Below are positions 9,618-18,135 of a DNA stretch of 64,000 nucleotides, one piece after another. This stretch comes from Thermoanaerobaculia bacterium (GTDB taxonomy: Bacteria > Acidobacteriota > Thermoanaerobaculia > Gp7-AA8): the NCBI GenBank assembly GCA_035576005.1, contig DATLXH010000109.1, positions 33,058 through 97,057 on the forward strand, written 5' to 3'. Below the pieces are notes generated by a model. That model was not told the origin of the DNA and did no database searches. It worked only from the letters and a program-made list of their open reading frames with translations. The stretch's first letter is position 1. Every line of letters starts with the position of its first letter. Both the position numbers and the translations under genes were made by a program.

Positions 9618-9906
9618 AAACCGACGTTGCGCTTCCATGGTCATTCAGTGAAAAAGCAGCCGAATGTTGGTACGGTGTCGCAGTAGTGAGTTGGAACGAA
9701 GGAACGCCGGCTATCGACAGCGGCGTTCCTTCGTTGTTTTAACGGCGATTCGAACCTCGAGAACAACCGGGCGTTAGGCCGGTGCTCGCGGAGCTCGCAG
9801 TGACGGTGCCTCAGTAGTGGTTGAATATGAAAGAACGCCGGCTGGACTGATGGGTTCTTTCACCGCTTCGTCTGCATCCAACGTCTGATGGTCTCAAGGG
9901 AGTCGC

Positions 9907-10320
9907 ATGAAATGGATTGTCGCACTGATGCTCGTCGTCGGACTGCGCAGCGTCGCGTTAGCCGATGACCCGGCAATCACCGCCAACTTCACGGCGCAGC
10001 AACATCTGCCGTCCAACACTCCAATTGAACTGCGCCTCAATAGACCTCTGGAATCAACCGAGGGCCGTCTCGCGCTCTTCGTGGACAAGACCGACGTCAC
10101 CGCGCTCTTCACCGCCTTGCCGGGTCGCCTTGTCTATCAGGGAGAGCGATACCCTCTGCCTGCGGGTGAGCATGAGGTGATCGTGTATCTGGTCTCGCCC
10201 GAGGGATCGTGGAAGGAGATCGGGCGCTTTCCTGACACGTCGCGGCTTCTCGAAGTCGATCATCGCTCCCGCTGCCGATCTCACGGGGAAAGGACAGCTC
10301 GCCGAGACCCATCGACCTGA
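9907..10320 (+). CDS. small secreted protein; possibly the N-terminal part of the downstream beta-barrel gene
   Basis: Signal peptide MKWIVALMLVVGLRSVALA. The last ~20 codons look off-frame. All three frames are open across 10250-10360. Confidence 0.4.
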   Translation: MKWIVALMLVVGLRSVALADDPAITANFTAQQHLPSNTPIELRLNRPLESTEGRLALFVDKTDVTALFTALPGRLVYQGERYPLPAGEHEVIVYLVSPEGSWKEIGRFPDTSRLLEVDHRSRCRSHGERTARRDPST

Positions 10321-10360
10321 CCAGAACGCACCATCGCGATCGCAGTTCCAGGATGCGACG

Positions 10361-11974
10361 ATGCAGATGACGATCCGGAGCGAGCACGAGCGGCCAGGCT
10401 TCGCCGTGCGCAGCGAAGGTCAGATCACAGGCGTCACCTTTCGACAGGAAGCCCTGCGCTTTGGTGAGAAGCAGGACAGGGCGCCGCTCATCGACCTCTC
10501 GACCTATCGTGTTGACGTTCAGCGCGGGTCTGCGGTCCTATCCATCGGCCACCTCGGATATGGATCGCTACGGCACCTCGTGAATGGTTTCTCGAGCCGC
10601 GGGGTCGCTCTAAAGTACGGCGAAGGAAAGCGCCTCTCATTTCAGCTGGCGCTGCTCAATGGCAGCAGCATCGCAGGGTGGGACAACTTTTTCGGACTTG
10701 GTCAGGACAAGCATCGCATTCTCGGGGGAACTGTGGGAGCTGAGCTGATCCCGTCCAGACCAGGAGGTCTGCGTGTTGAGACGACGTTGTTCTCCGGGTC
10801 GCTGCTGCCGCTCTCCGGGTTCAACCAGGGATCCGTTCAGACAGCCGAGGAGAGTAACGGCGGCGGACTTCGCCTTCAGGCGACATCAAAGAATCAGAGG
10901 TTCACCGTCGACGCGGGGATCACAGGAAGCAGATTCAACGAGGCGCTGGACGAGGAGGTGGAGAGCGGTCTCGCCGTGACTCCAATCCCTTCAAGAACGC
11001 GGCGCGCACAGTACGCCGACGCCTCGTTCGTTCTGCTGCAGAACCGGACCCTGGGGAAACGAAAGACGGCTACGAATCTGGCACTGAGCGTCCGTCACGA
11101 ACGGATCGAGCCTCTGTTCCGAAGCGTTGGCGTATCGCTCCAGGCGGACCTGCAATCCGATACCGTCGATCTGACATGGGGCATCGGACCCTTCGCCACA
11201 CAGCTGAGCCACACCCGGACTCAGGACAACCTGGCTGGAATCGAAACGATCCTGACCACGAAGACTCAGCGCAACGCACTGACAGTAGGAGCGCCCCTGG
11301 CCACCGTCTTTGGAGCGGCGGAGAAGACCGCAAAGTATTTTCCTATCTTCGCGCTGCAACTGGACCAGACCCATCAGAAAGGTTCCGGCCTTCCGCCAAA
11401 CAGCGACTTCGAGCCGGCGAACCTGCCCGATCAGATCAGCCTCAACGGCGGGGCGAGTCTGGCCTGGCAGGTGGGCATTTTCCAGATCGGATACCGGATC
11501 GGCAAGACTCTGCAGGATAACCGTCAGATTGGACGGGAACGTGCGGACTTCGACACCTCGACGAATGCCGTGACGATCGGCTTCGCACCAGGCCAGCGCC
11601 TCAATGTCAGCTTCGATGTCTCGCGCGAAGAGAACGGCAGTGAAGAAGACGGCAAACGCGATCGAACCAATCGGTTCGGTACGAATGTGTCCTGGACACT
11701 TTTCGGCCAGACCGCGCTCGCGGGAAACATCTCGCAGACGCTTGGGAACAACAACCTCGGCACCAGCAATCAGCGAGGAACTGACGGGTTCCTGGAGCTA
11801 GCCTCGGGATTCAAGGTACCGCTCGGCGCCCAGAAACGACAAGGCCGTGCATTCGTGAGGTTCGCTGATCAACGGGCAAGATCGAAAGACCTCGTGTTCG
11901 GTACGAGCTCAGACAGACAAGGTGCGACGGTTACGTCCGGAGTGACCTTCAGCCTCTTCAAGGGGGAGAAATGA
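10361..11974 (+). CDS. putative outer-membrane beta-barrel (porin-like) protein
   Basis: 537 aa with many short amphipathic strand-like segments: QRFTVDAGITGSRF, ATNLALSVRHE, TVDLTWGIGPF, GASLAWQVGIFQIGYRIG, NAVTIGFAPGQRLNVSFDVS, TNVSWTLFGQTALAGNISQTLG, GATVTSGVTFSLF. It is rich in G/N/S/T/Q. Confidence 0.55.
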   Translation: MQMTIRSEHERPGFAVRSEGQITGVTFRQEALRFGEKQDRAPLIDLSTYRVDVQRGSAVLSIGHLGYGSLRHLVNGFSSRGVALKYGEGKRLSFQLALLNGSSIAGWDNFFGLGQDKHRILGGTVGAELIPSRPGGLRVETTLFSGSLLPLSGFNQGSVQTAEESNGGGLRLQATSKNQRFTVDAGITGSRFNEALDEEVESGLAVTPIPSRTRRAQYADASFVLLQNRTLGKRKTATNLALSVRHERIEPLFRSVGVSLQADLQSDTVDLTWGIGPFATQLSHTRTQDNLAGIETILTTKTQRNALTVGAPLATVFGAAEKTAKYFPIFALQLDQTHQKGSGLPPNSDFEPANLPDQISLNGGASLAWQVGIFQIGYRIGKTLQDNRQIGRERADFDTSTNAVTIGFAPGQRLNVSFDVSREENGSEEDGKRDRTNRFGTNVSWTLFGQTALAGNISQTLGNNNLGTSNQRGTDGFLELASGFKVPLGAQKRQGRAFVRFADQRARSKDLVFGTSSDRQGATVTSGVTFSLFKGEK

Positions 11975-13236
11975 GACGCGTTCTTCTGCTCACAGTCGTC
12001 ATGATCTGCACGCTCAACGTTACGGCGCAGATTCGTAGAGATCCGGTTGGCGTCAACGTCAATACACAGGGTCCCACCACCGTCTTCATCAGTTATGGCA
12101 ACGTCCAGGGCAAGATCGCCGCAGAGGCGGTCTGGTGCGCCGGTCTGGTTCCGGCAGCTCCGGATATCGGAATGAAATGCAATCCGGCATCGACCTGGGG
12201 CCGTCTTCCGGCGCGATACGACCTCACGAGGACGAGCGGAGTGAATGGACTCACCGACATCATGACGATCACGCAGAACGTGGCGCGTCGTGCCTACGAG
12301 AGCGCCGCGAGAGGAGCGAAGTCGAGTTTCTTTTACGTGCGACGCTTCATTGACCCCGCGGGCGGTCCGGATGAGTACGTCTTCGTCATTTGTCGACTTG
12401 CCGGCGGAGGCGCAAGCGTGCCGCTCGCGCTCACGGATGTGAAGCTGCAGTTCGCTACGGAGAAGCAAGTCCTCTCCACCCGCGTCGGCGAGGCCCCGCC
12501 GGCACTCTCGGCTGACATCGTCTACAACGGAACGGGACGACTTGCCGGTCGCTGGGAGGTCGTCCTCCCGGGAGACGAGCCGCCGACCTCCGAGGATCTG
12601 CTCACCGAAGGAAGCCTTCCGATCGAGCTCCGTGGACAGCAGAGACGTTACACGCAGTTGGAACGCTTCAACGTATTCCTGCCTCCCGGCGGTCGTCATC
12701 GACTGGAAGGGCCACCACCTTCGAAGCTGCCGACGAGCGTTGAGGGTCTGTATCTGGTCCTGCTGCGCGTCGAAGCAACGAACGACAAGGAAGGCAACAC
12801 CGACCTGGCGGCACTGGGGTCGGGAGGCGGTGTGGTGACGAGCGGCGGCGTGGCGGGTTTCTCCCTGCCGGTTCTCCGATATTACGTAGGCTCGACGAAT
12901 CCTTCCCTCGAGGCGGGAGTCCGCGAGCAGATCGAACAGATCCTTCCGCTCCCCGGTTTCGAGGTGCAGCGAACTGCACCCCTTGAATTCACATTCCGCT
13001 CGGACTTGCCCGACGTGGTGCTGTCACGCCTCGAGGTTCGCGACGCGTCCCAGGCCATTGTCCTGTCCGCGATCGTCGATCGCAGCAGCGGCAGATACGT
13101 TGCTCCGAGCTGGTTGGCTGAGAAGATCAGTGGCGACGCGCTCTCATGGAGAGTCGTCGGCCTCAACGCCGAGAGCCGCGTTGTACAGAGCTCGACGTGG
13201 CGGATCCTGAAGTACTCAAAGGCAAAGGAACAATGA
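11971..13236 (+). CDS. secreted hypothetical protein, translationally coupled to the beta-barrel gene (4-nt overlap)
   Basis: Signal peptide MRRVLLLTVVMICTLNVTAQ. 421 aa with no recognisable catalytic motif. Start and stop overlap the upstream gene. Confidence 0.55.
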   Translation: MRRVLLLTVVMICTLNVTAQIRRDPVGVNVNTQGPTTVFISYGNVQGKIAAEAVWCAGLVPAAPDIGMKCNPASTWGRLPARYDLTRTSGVNGLTDIMTITQNVARRAYESAARGAKSSFFYVRRFIDPAGGPDEYVFVICRLAGGGASVPLALTDVKLQFATEKQVLSTRVGEAPPALSADIVYNGTGRLAGRWEVVLPGDEPPTSEDLLTEGSLPIELRGQQRRYTQLERFNVFLPPGGRHRLEGPPPSKLPTSVEGLYLVLLRVEATNDKEGNTDLAALGSGGGVVTSGGVAGFSLPVLRYYVGSTNPSLEAGVREQIEQILPLPGFEVQRTAPLEFTFRSDLPDVVLSRLEVRDASQAIVLSAIVDRSSGRYVAPSWLAEKISGDALSWRVVGLNAESRVVQSSTWRILKYSKAKEQ

Positions 13237-13489
13237 GCTTTGTGAAGCGGAAGCAATGCGATTCTCTCGATGCTCGAAGAGCGTGACGCTTCGGCGTCCA
13301 TCTGCCCTTCAGAGGTCGCCGTCAGATGGCGCCGCGTGCCTCGCGAAGACACATGGAGGACGTCAGAAACGCGGCGCGACGCTTCGCCCGACGCGAAGAG
13401 GTGGCGATCACCCAACGCGGAAAAGTGCTCGATCCCGACAGTGAGTTTCGCGGCTCCGTCCGAATCTCCCGGCCACGATAGCCCGCATT

Positions 13490-15628
13490 TCATTTCCCCT
13501 TTGGCATCTGCAAGCCGAGATTTGCAACCAGGAACGCCCACTGGTCAGCGATCTCTTCAATTGTCTTGGTGATCGGCTTGCCGGCGCCATGTCCGGCGCG
13601 GGTCTCGATCCGAATCAGAACCGGATCCGTCCCGGCCTGCGCCTCCTGCAATGCGGCGGCGAACTTGAAGCTGTGACCTGGAACGACGCGGTCATCATGA
13701 TCGGCGGTTGTCACCAGCGTGGCGGGGTAATGCTTTCCCTTGCGCAGGTTGTGGTATGGCGAGTAAGCGTAGAGAGCCTTGAACTCCGTGGGATCGTCAG
13801 CGGAACCGTAGTCGTCGACCCAGTATCGGCCAGCTGTGAACTTGTGAAAGCGAAGCATGTCCATGACGCCAACGGCCGGGAGCGCAGCTCCGAAGAGCTC
13901 CGGACGCTGGGTCATCACTGCTCCGACCAGCAGGCCGCCGTTGCTCCCTCCCCAGATCCCAAGCTTTTCCGGGCGGGTATATTTGTTCGCTACCAGCCAC
14001 TCCGCTGCAGCGATGAAATCGTCGAAGACGTTCTGCTTCTTGAGCTTCGTTCCCGCCTTGTGCCACTCCTCTCCGTACTCCCCGCCTCCGCGCAGATTCG
14101 GCAAGGCATACACCCCTCCCATCTCCATCCACACCAGACGTGAGATGGAAAATCCGGGAGTCATCGACGCGTTGAATCCGCCGTAGGCATAGAGCAGCGT
14201 CGGGTTGTTGCCGTCCAGACGGACTCCCTTCTTGTGCGAGATGAACATCGGCACACGTGTCCCGTCCTTGGACTTGTAGAACACCTGCTTGACTTCGTAC
14301 TGATTCGGGTCGAATTTCACGTTGGCGCGAGAGACCAGCTTCTTCTCGCCCGTGACCACGTCATAGCGGTAGATGCTCGGGGGAACGGTAAAGCTGGCGA
14401 AAGAGTAGAACGTTTCCGGGTCGTTCGGCTTGCCCGAAAAGCCAGACGCTGTGCCGATCGTTCCCAACTCCAGCTTGCGGACCAGCTTGCCCTCAGTCGT
14501 GAAGACCTTTACTTCGCTCTTGGCATCCTCGAGGTACTCGGTGACGAAATGCCCTCCAACGTAGTCGACGTCAGTGAGCGAGTTTTCGCTCTGAGCAATG
14601 ATCCCCTCCCACTTGCTCCGGTCTGGCTGCCGGACGTTGATGGCGATGAGGCGGGCTCGGGGAGCGTCGAGGTCGGTCTTGAAGTAGAAGCGAGGGCCGT
14701 CGTTGCCAACGAACGAATACTCGTTGTCGAAATTGTCAATCAGAGCGATCGGCATCCCGTACGGCTCAGTGAGGTCTTTGTAGAGAATCTGATTCCTGGC
14801 GTCCGTCCCTTTCCAGACCGAGATGATCAGGTACCGGCCATCTTCCGTGACACTGGCCGAATAGCTCCACTCGGGCTGCTCGGGCCGGTGGTAGACCAGG
14901 ACATCCTCGGATTGCGGCGTCCCGACCCGATGGTAGTAAAGCTTCTGATTTTTGTTGAGGCTCTGAAATGTCGAGTTCGTGGAAGGCTCGGGAAAGCGAC
15001 TGTAAAAAAATCCTTTGCTGTCCCTGGTCCAGTCAGTCCCAGAGAATTTCACCCACTTCAATTCGTCGGAAAGCAGTTTGCCGCTCTCGATCTCCATCAC
15101 TTTCCAGGTTGTCCAGTCCGAGCCCGCCTCCGAGACGCCGTAGGCCATGTGGCGGCCGTCATCGCTGAACGAGTAGCCGGCGAGCGCGATCGTTCCGTCT
15201 TTTGACCAGCTGTTGGGATCGAGGAGGGTCCGGGCTGTGGACTCCAGCGATTTCTGCACATAAAGGACTGATTGGTTCTGGAGGCCGCTATTCTTTTGAA
15301 AGTAATACCGCCCTCCCCTTTTGGTCGGTATCGAATACTTCTCGTAATTCCAGATCTCTGTCAGACGCTGCTTGATCGATTCACGATAAGGGAGCGTTTG
15401 CAGATAGCCGAAGGTCACCTTGTTTTGTGCTTCGATCCATTCCGAGACCTCCCTGGACTCCCGAACGTCGGTTTCCAGCCAGCGATAGGGATCGATCACC
15501 TCCACTCCGGCGAAGCTGTCCTTCTGCTCGACCTTCCTGGTCGGCGGATACACAAACTTCGTCTGGGCACTGGCACCGAATGCCCCGAGGGTCAACAGCA
15601 ACAAGGCGGCTGCGCGAACCTTCATCAT
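13490..15628 (-). CDS. prolyl oligopeptidase (S9A family), secreted
   Basis: Signal peptide. The N-terminal beta-propeller is followed by a C-terminal alpha/beta hydrolase domain with GGSNGGLLVGA (catalytic Ser), then D and H regions. The sequence is typical of prolyl endopeptidases. Confidence 0.9.
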   Translation of the reverse strand: MMKVRAAALLLLTLGAFGASAQTKFVYPPTRKVEQKDSFAGVEVIDPYRWLETDVRESREVSEWIEAQNKVTFGYLQTLPYRESIKQRLTEIWNYEKYSIPTKRGGRYYFQKNSGLQNQSVLYVQKSLESTARTLLDPNSWSKDGTIALAGYSFSDDGRHMAYGVSEAGSDWTTWKVMEIESGKLLSDELKWVKFSGTDWTRDSKGFFYSRFPEPSTNSTFQSLNKNQKLYYHRVGTPQSEDVLVYHRPEQPEWSYSASVTEDGRYLIISVWKGTDARNQILYKDLTEPYGMPIALIDNFDNEYSFVGNDGPRFYFKTDLDAPRARLIAINVRQPDRSKWEGIIAQSENSLTDVDYVGGHFVTEYLEDAKSEVKVFTTEGKLVRKLELGTIGTASGFSGKPNDPETFYSFASFTVPPSIYRYDVVTGEKKLVSRANVKFDPNQYEVKQVFYKSKDGTRVPMFISHKKGVRLDGNNPTLLYAYGGFNASMTPGFSISRLVWMEMGGVYALPNLRGGGEYGEEWHKAGTKLKKQNVFDDFIAAAEWLVANKYTRPEKLGIWGGSNGGLLVGAVMTQRPELFGAALPAVGVMDMLRFHKFTAGRYWVDDYGSADDPTEFKALYAYSPYHNLRKGKHYPATLVTTADHDDRVVPGHSFKFAAALQEAQAGTDPVLIRIETRAGHGAGKPITKTIEEIADQWAFLVANLGLQMPKGK

Positions 15629-15775
15629 GATTCCTCCCGAGCTCGACTGCGTTCAGGCGACTCTTCCTGCCCGCTACGTTGCGAGGCATGAGTGCGAAGT
15701 CCGGTCCAGAAGAGCGGAGTTTGCCGTGGAGCAGGTTGGCCAAGGATGGCATCGCGCAAAGCGCCTCGTGCGGAC

Positions 15776-16525
15776 TCATTCACGCATCGCACGGAGTCTG
15801 ATGGCACGGAGCCACATCACGCGGATGAAGGAGCTTCCCGGGTAGATGAAACGCCAGTAGACCGCAAAGCGGCGTCGGGCGGAAAGGCTGTTGGCATGAA
15901 CCCTGGTGGTCGTGGAAACAATCGAGCCGCCGGTGGCATCGGGAGTGACGATGAAGTTCATCGTCGCCAGTGTGATTCCAGGTGGCAACTGGCGCCGGAA
16001 CTTGTCTGGCGTCAACTTCCCGATGCCGATACCGGCTGGAGCCGAGATGACGCTTCCAACAACCATCTCGCGCGGCGCCTCGTCGGCGAGCCAGATGAAC
16101 CCTGATCTCGTGGCGACCTCGAGGATCGGCTTCTCATCAGGGGCATTGAGAACACTCTCTCTGGTGCGACGTCCGCCGCGACGGATCGTGGTGAGAAGCC
16201 GGAACAGCGTGATCTCGTCGGCACGAACTTTGTGGATCGCGTCATAGACGCGCTCCGGCGGAGCTGCGACCCGCGTAACGTGATGCTCGTCGAACTCCCA
16301 CACCGACATGAACGAGTCGAGCTTCGATGAATGCTGTGAAACACGCATTTCTGGCGCCGGCAAGAACGCGGCAACGAGAGAGATACCGAGACCCACAGCT
16401 GCGAGTGCGGCCCCCCGTCTCCTGGTGCGAACCCGAAACATCCGAAGAGGGCGGATCATGCTGAGGCAACCGAGAGTCAGCAATATGAGTCCGCTGTAGA
16501 GTAAGAGCGAGCCTGACACCGGCAT
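15776..16525 (-). CDS. hypothetical membrane-anchored protein
   Basis: N-terminal TM segment (LLLYSGLILLTLGCLSMI), then a ~200-aa soluble domain. No motif recognised. Confidence 0.45.
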   Translation of the reverse strand: MPVSGSLLLYSGLILLTLGCLSMIRPLRMFRVRTRRRGAALAAVGLGISLVAAFLPAPEMRVSQHSSKLDSFMSVWEFDEHHVTRVAAPPERVYDAIHKVRADEITLFRLLTTIRRGGRRTRESVLNAPDEKPILEVATRSGFIWLADEAPREMVVGSVISAPAGIGIGKLTPDKFRRQLPPGITLATMNFIVTPDATGGSIVSTTTRVHANSLSARRRFAVYWRFIYPGSSFIRVMWLRAIRLRAMRE

Positions 16526-16984
16526 GATTGTAGTTCTGATGGCAGTGGATGAGCGGCCGACCGTCGATCGCCTCCACTTTGCGGGCAGCGGAGGCCGACC
16601 GCGCGGGCCGAGAAGATTAGATCGTCTCGACTGCCTTCTTCATCGCGGCGTGCGCGACAACCATGGTCCTCGGTCATGGAGGAGTGATGCATCGCGACGC
16701 GAGCGAGTGTCGCGACCCTAATGGCGAAAAAGTACGGGAGCCGCTGACGGATGCTGCGTGTGCGAAGGTCCATTTGCCAAATTCTCCCTGAAGACGAATG
16801 GCTGATGACTCGTCGTGGGAGCGACGTGAATCAAGCGTACGCTGTTTGGAAACTGAGGGGTGAAAATCACATGGATCCCTTCCGCTATCAAGTTCGGCGC
16901 CCCCCTCCAGCTCGCATTTTCACCGACCTTTGTCGTTAGACGGCGCTGCCCGACGGCAGGACGAAGTAGACCCCGCCAGAACTC

Positions 16985-17160
16985 CACTTCGCGGTTCACC
17001 CAGATCCAGAGTGTCGTGAGCAGCGAGTCTCACAGCTCCTCGGACTTACGTCCTTTGCAGTCCTCTCGAATGCGTGAGGTTTCAACCGCGGGGGGCACTC
17101 GGCAATCGATTCAGACACTAAAAACAGGTCGAGCCGAGGCTCGCCCTTTCTGGTGAAACT
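16985..17160. repeat. ~160-nt duplicated block, copy 1; ends in a terminator-like hairpin GGTCGAGCCGAGGCTCGCCC
   Basis: It shares CCAGATCCAGAG(T/C)GTCGTG(T)GAGCAGCGAGTCTCACAGCTC and ...CGAGCCGAGGCTCGCCCTTTCTGGTGAA..TGAAATC with 18010-18135. It lies in a ~680-nt ORF-less region. Confidence 0.55.
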
Positions 17161-17208
17161 TCGTTGAAATCCCAATGCTCCTGACGCCAGTGATATGACG
17201 GGCGCTCC

Positions 17209-17604
17209 TCATCGTCTGCCAGCCCACACCGCTGCCTTGTAGTGGCGGCGGATGGACGCGTCCTTGGTGAGTAACCTCGCCGCCTCGAGCCCAGCCTGCG
17301 CGACGATCAATCGATCGAAAGGATCGCGAGTCCAACTGGACCCGCATGCCTCCCGGACCACGTCCTCGAAGGGTGCGGTCGCCGTGTGAAGCCCGATGGT
17401 TCGCTCCAGTGAAACAACGATCGTCGCTGCGTCCGCATCGATCCTGCGAATCTCGTTCAAATACTGCAGCTCGAGCAACACGATCGGCGAGATCGCAAGT
17501 TCATCTTCTTCCATCACGCCACGCACTCTCGAGGGAAACAGATCTACGCGACCGGCGTATAGCCACACCACCACGTGCGTGTCGAGGTGGATCACGGTTT
17601 CCAC
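17209..17604 (-). CDS. vapC: PIN-domain toxin (VapC family)
   Basis: 131 aa with LDTHVVVW...acidic residues in the PIN pattern. The start overlaps the upstream antitoxin stop. Confidence 0.75.
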   Translation of the reverse strand: METVIHLDTHVVVWLYAGRVDLFPSRVRGVMEEDELAISPIVLLELQYLNEIRRIDADAATIVVSLERTIGLHTATAPFEDVVREACGSSWTRDPFDRLIVAQAGLEAARLLTKDASIRRHYKAAVWAGRR

Positions 17605-17813
17605 TCGTCGGACCAGTCGATGTGAACCAGTTCCTGCGGTTCGACAAGGATGCAGTCACGCTTCTCGAGACGCGAGAATTTAGACGTGGTCTCCGGAGGA
17701 GAAATCTTGAGAATCTTGCCACGACGCTCGATTTCCAGAGGGACGCCACTGTCGAGCACCTCGTCGAGAACGCGATAAATGTTCTGGCGCAACTTCGAAG
17801 CGGTCATTTTCAT
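17592..17813 (-). CDS. Phd/YefM-family antitoxin
   Basis: 73 aa, MKMTASKLRQNIYRVLDEVLDSGVPLEIERRGK..., a Phd/YefM-like N-terminus. It overlaps the vapC start by 13 nt. Confidence 0.7.
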   Translation of the reverse strand: MKMTASKLRQNIYRVLDEVLDSGVPLEIERRGKILKISPPETTSKFSRLEKRDCILVEPQELVHIDWSDEWKP

Positions 17814-17929
17814 TACGTACGTTCCTTGTTTGCCAAAACGTACGTACGTGCGTCAGGCATTCCACTGTACGCCCAGGACGCGAGGTGACGGCACAAAGAG
17901 ACCTCTCCGCCCGGGCCCCGGCCGGGAGA

Positions 17930-18020
17930 TTCGCGAGACTTTCACGCCCCTCACCCTGCTCCGCTTCGCTCGCTTCCCTCTCCCCGCCGGGGAGAGGGAG
18001 ACGCCGCTTCGCTGCTCAGC
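17930..18020. repeat. REP-like element, half copy B
   Basis: GAGACTTTCACGCCCCTCACCCTGCTCCGCTTCGCTCGCTTCCCTCTCCCCGCCGGGGAGAGGGAGACGCCGCTTCGC matches the B-half of copies A and C. Confidence 0.65.
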
Positions 18021-18135
18021 CCCAGATCCAGAGCGTCGTGTGAGCAGCGAGTCTCACAGCTCGTCGCACTCAAAGTCAGTCACAAAAAAAGGGCGAGCCG
18101 AGGCTCGCCCTTTCTGGTGAAGTGTCGCTGAAATC
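18010..18135. repeat. ~160-nt duplicated block, copy 2 (partner of 16985-17160)
   Basis: See copy 1. This copy contains the rpoC terminator hairpin. Confidence 0.55.
18084..18119 (-). terminator. rho-independent terminator downstream of rpoC
   Basis: The minus-strand transcript reads GGGCGAGCC-UCGG-GGCUCGCCC followed by UUUUUUU. It lies 20 nt after the rpoC stop. Confidence 0.75.

Noticed and set aside
11869-13541. 276-aa and 219-aa minus-strand ORFs antisense to the secreted-protein gene
   Set aside because: Arg/Ser-rich low-complexity translations. The plus-strand gene has a signal peptide and is coupled to the upstream gene.
14234-15205. 323-aa plus-strand ORF inside the prolyl oligopeptidase gene
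   Set aside because: Antisense to a confidently identified S9A peptidase. D/E/V/L-rich mirror-image composition.
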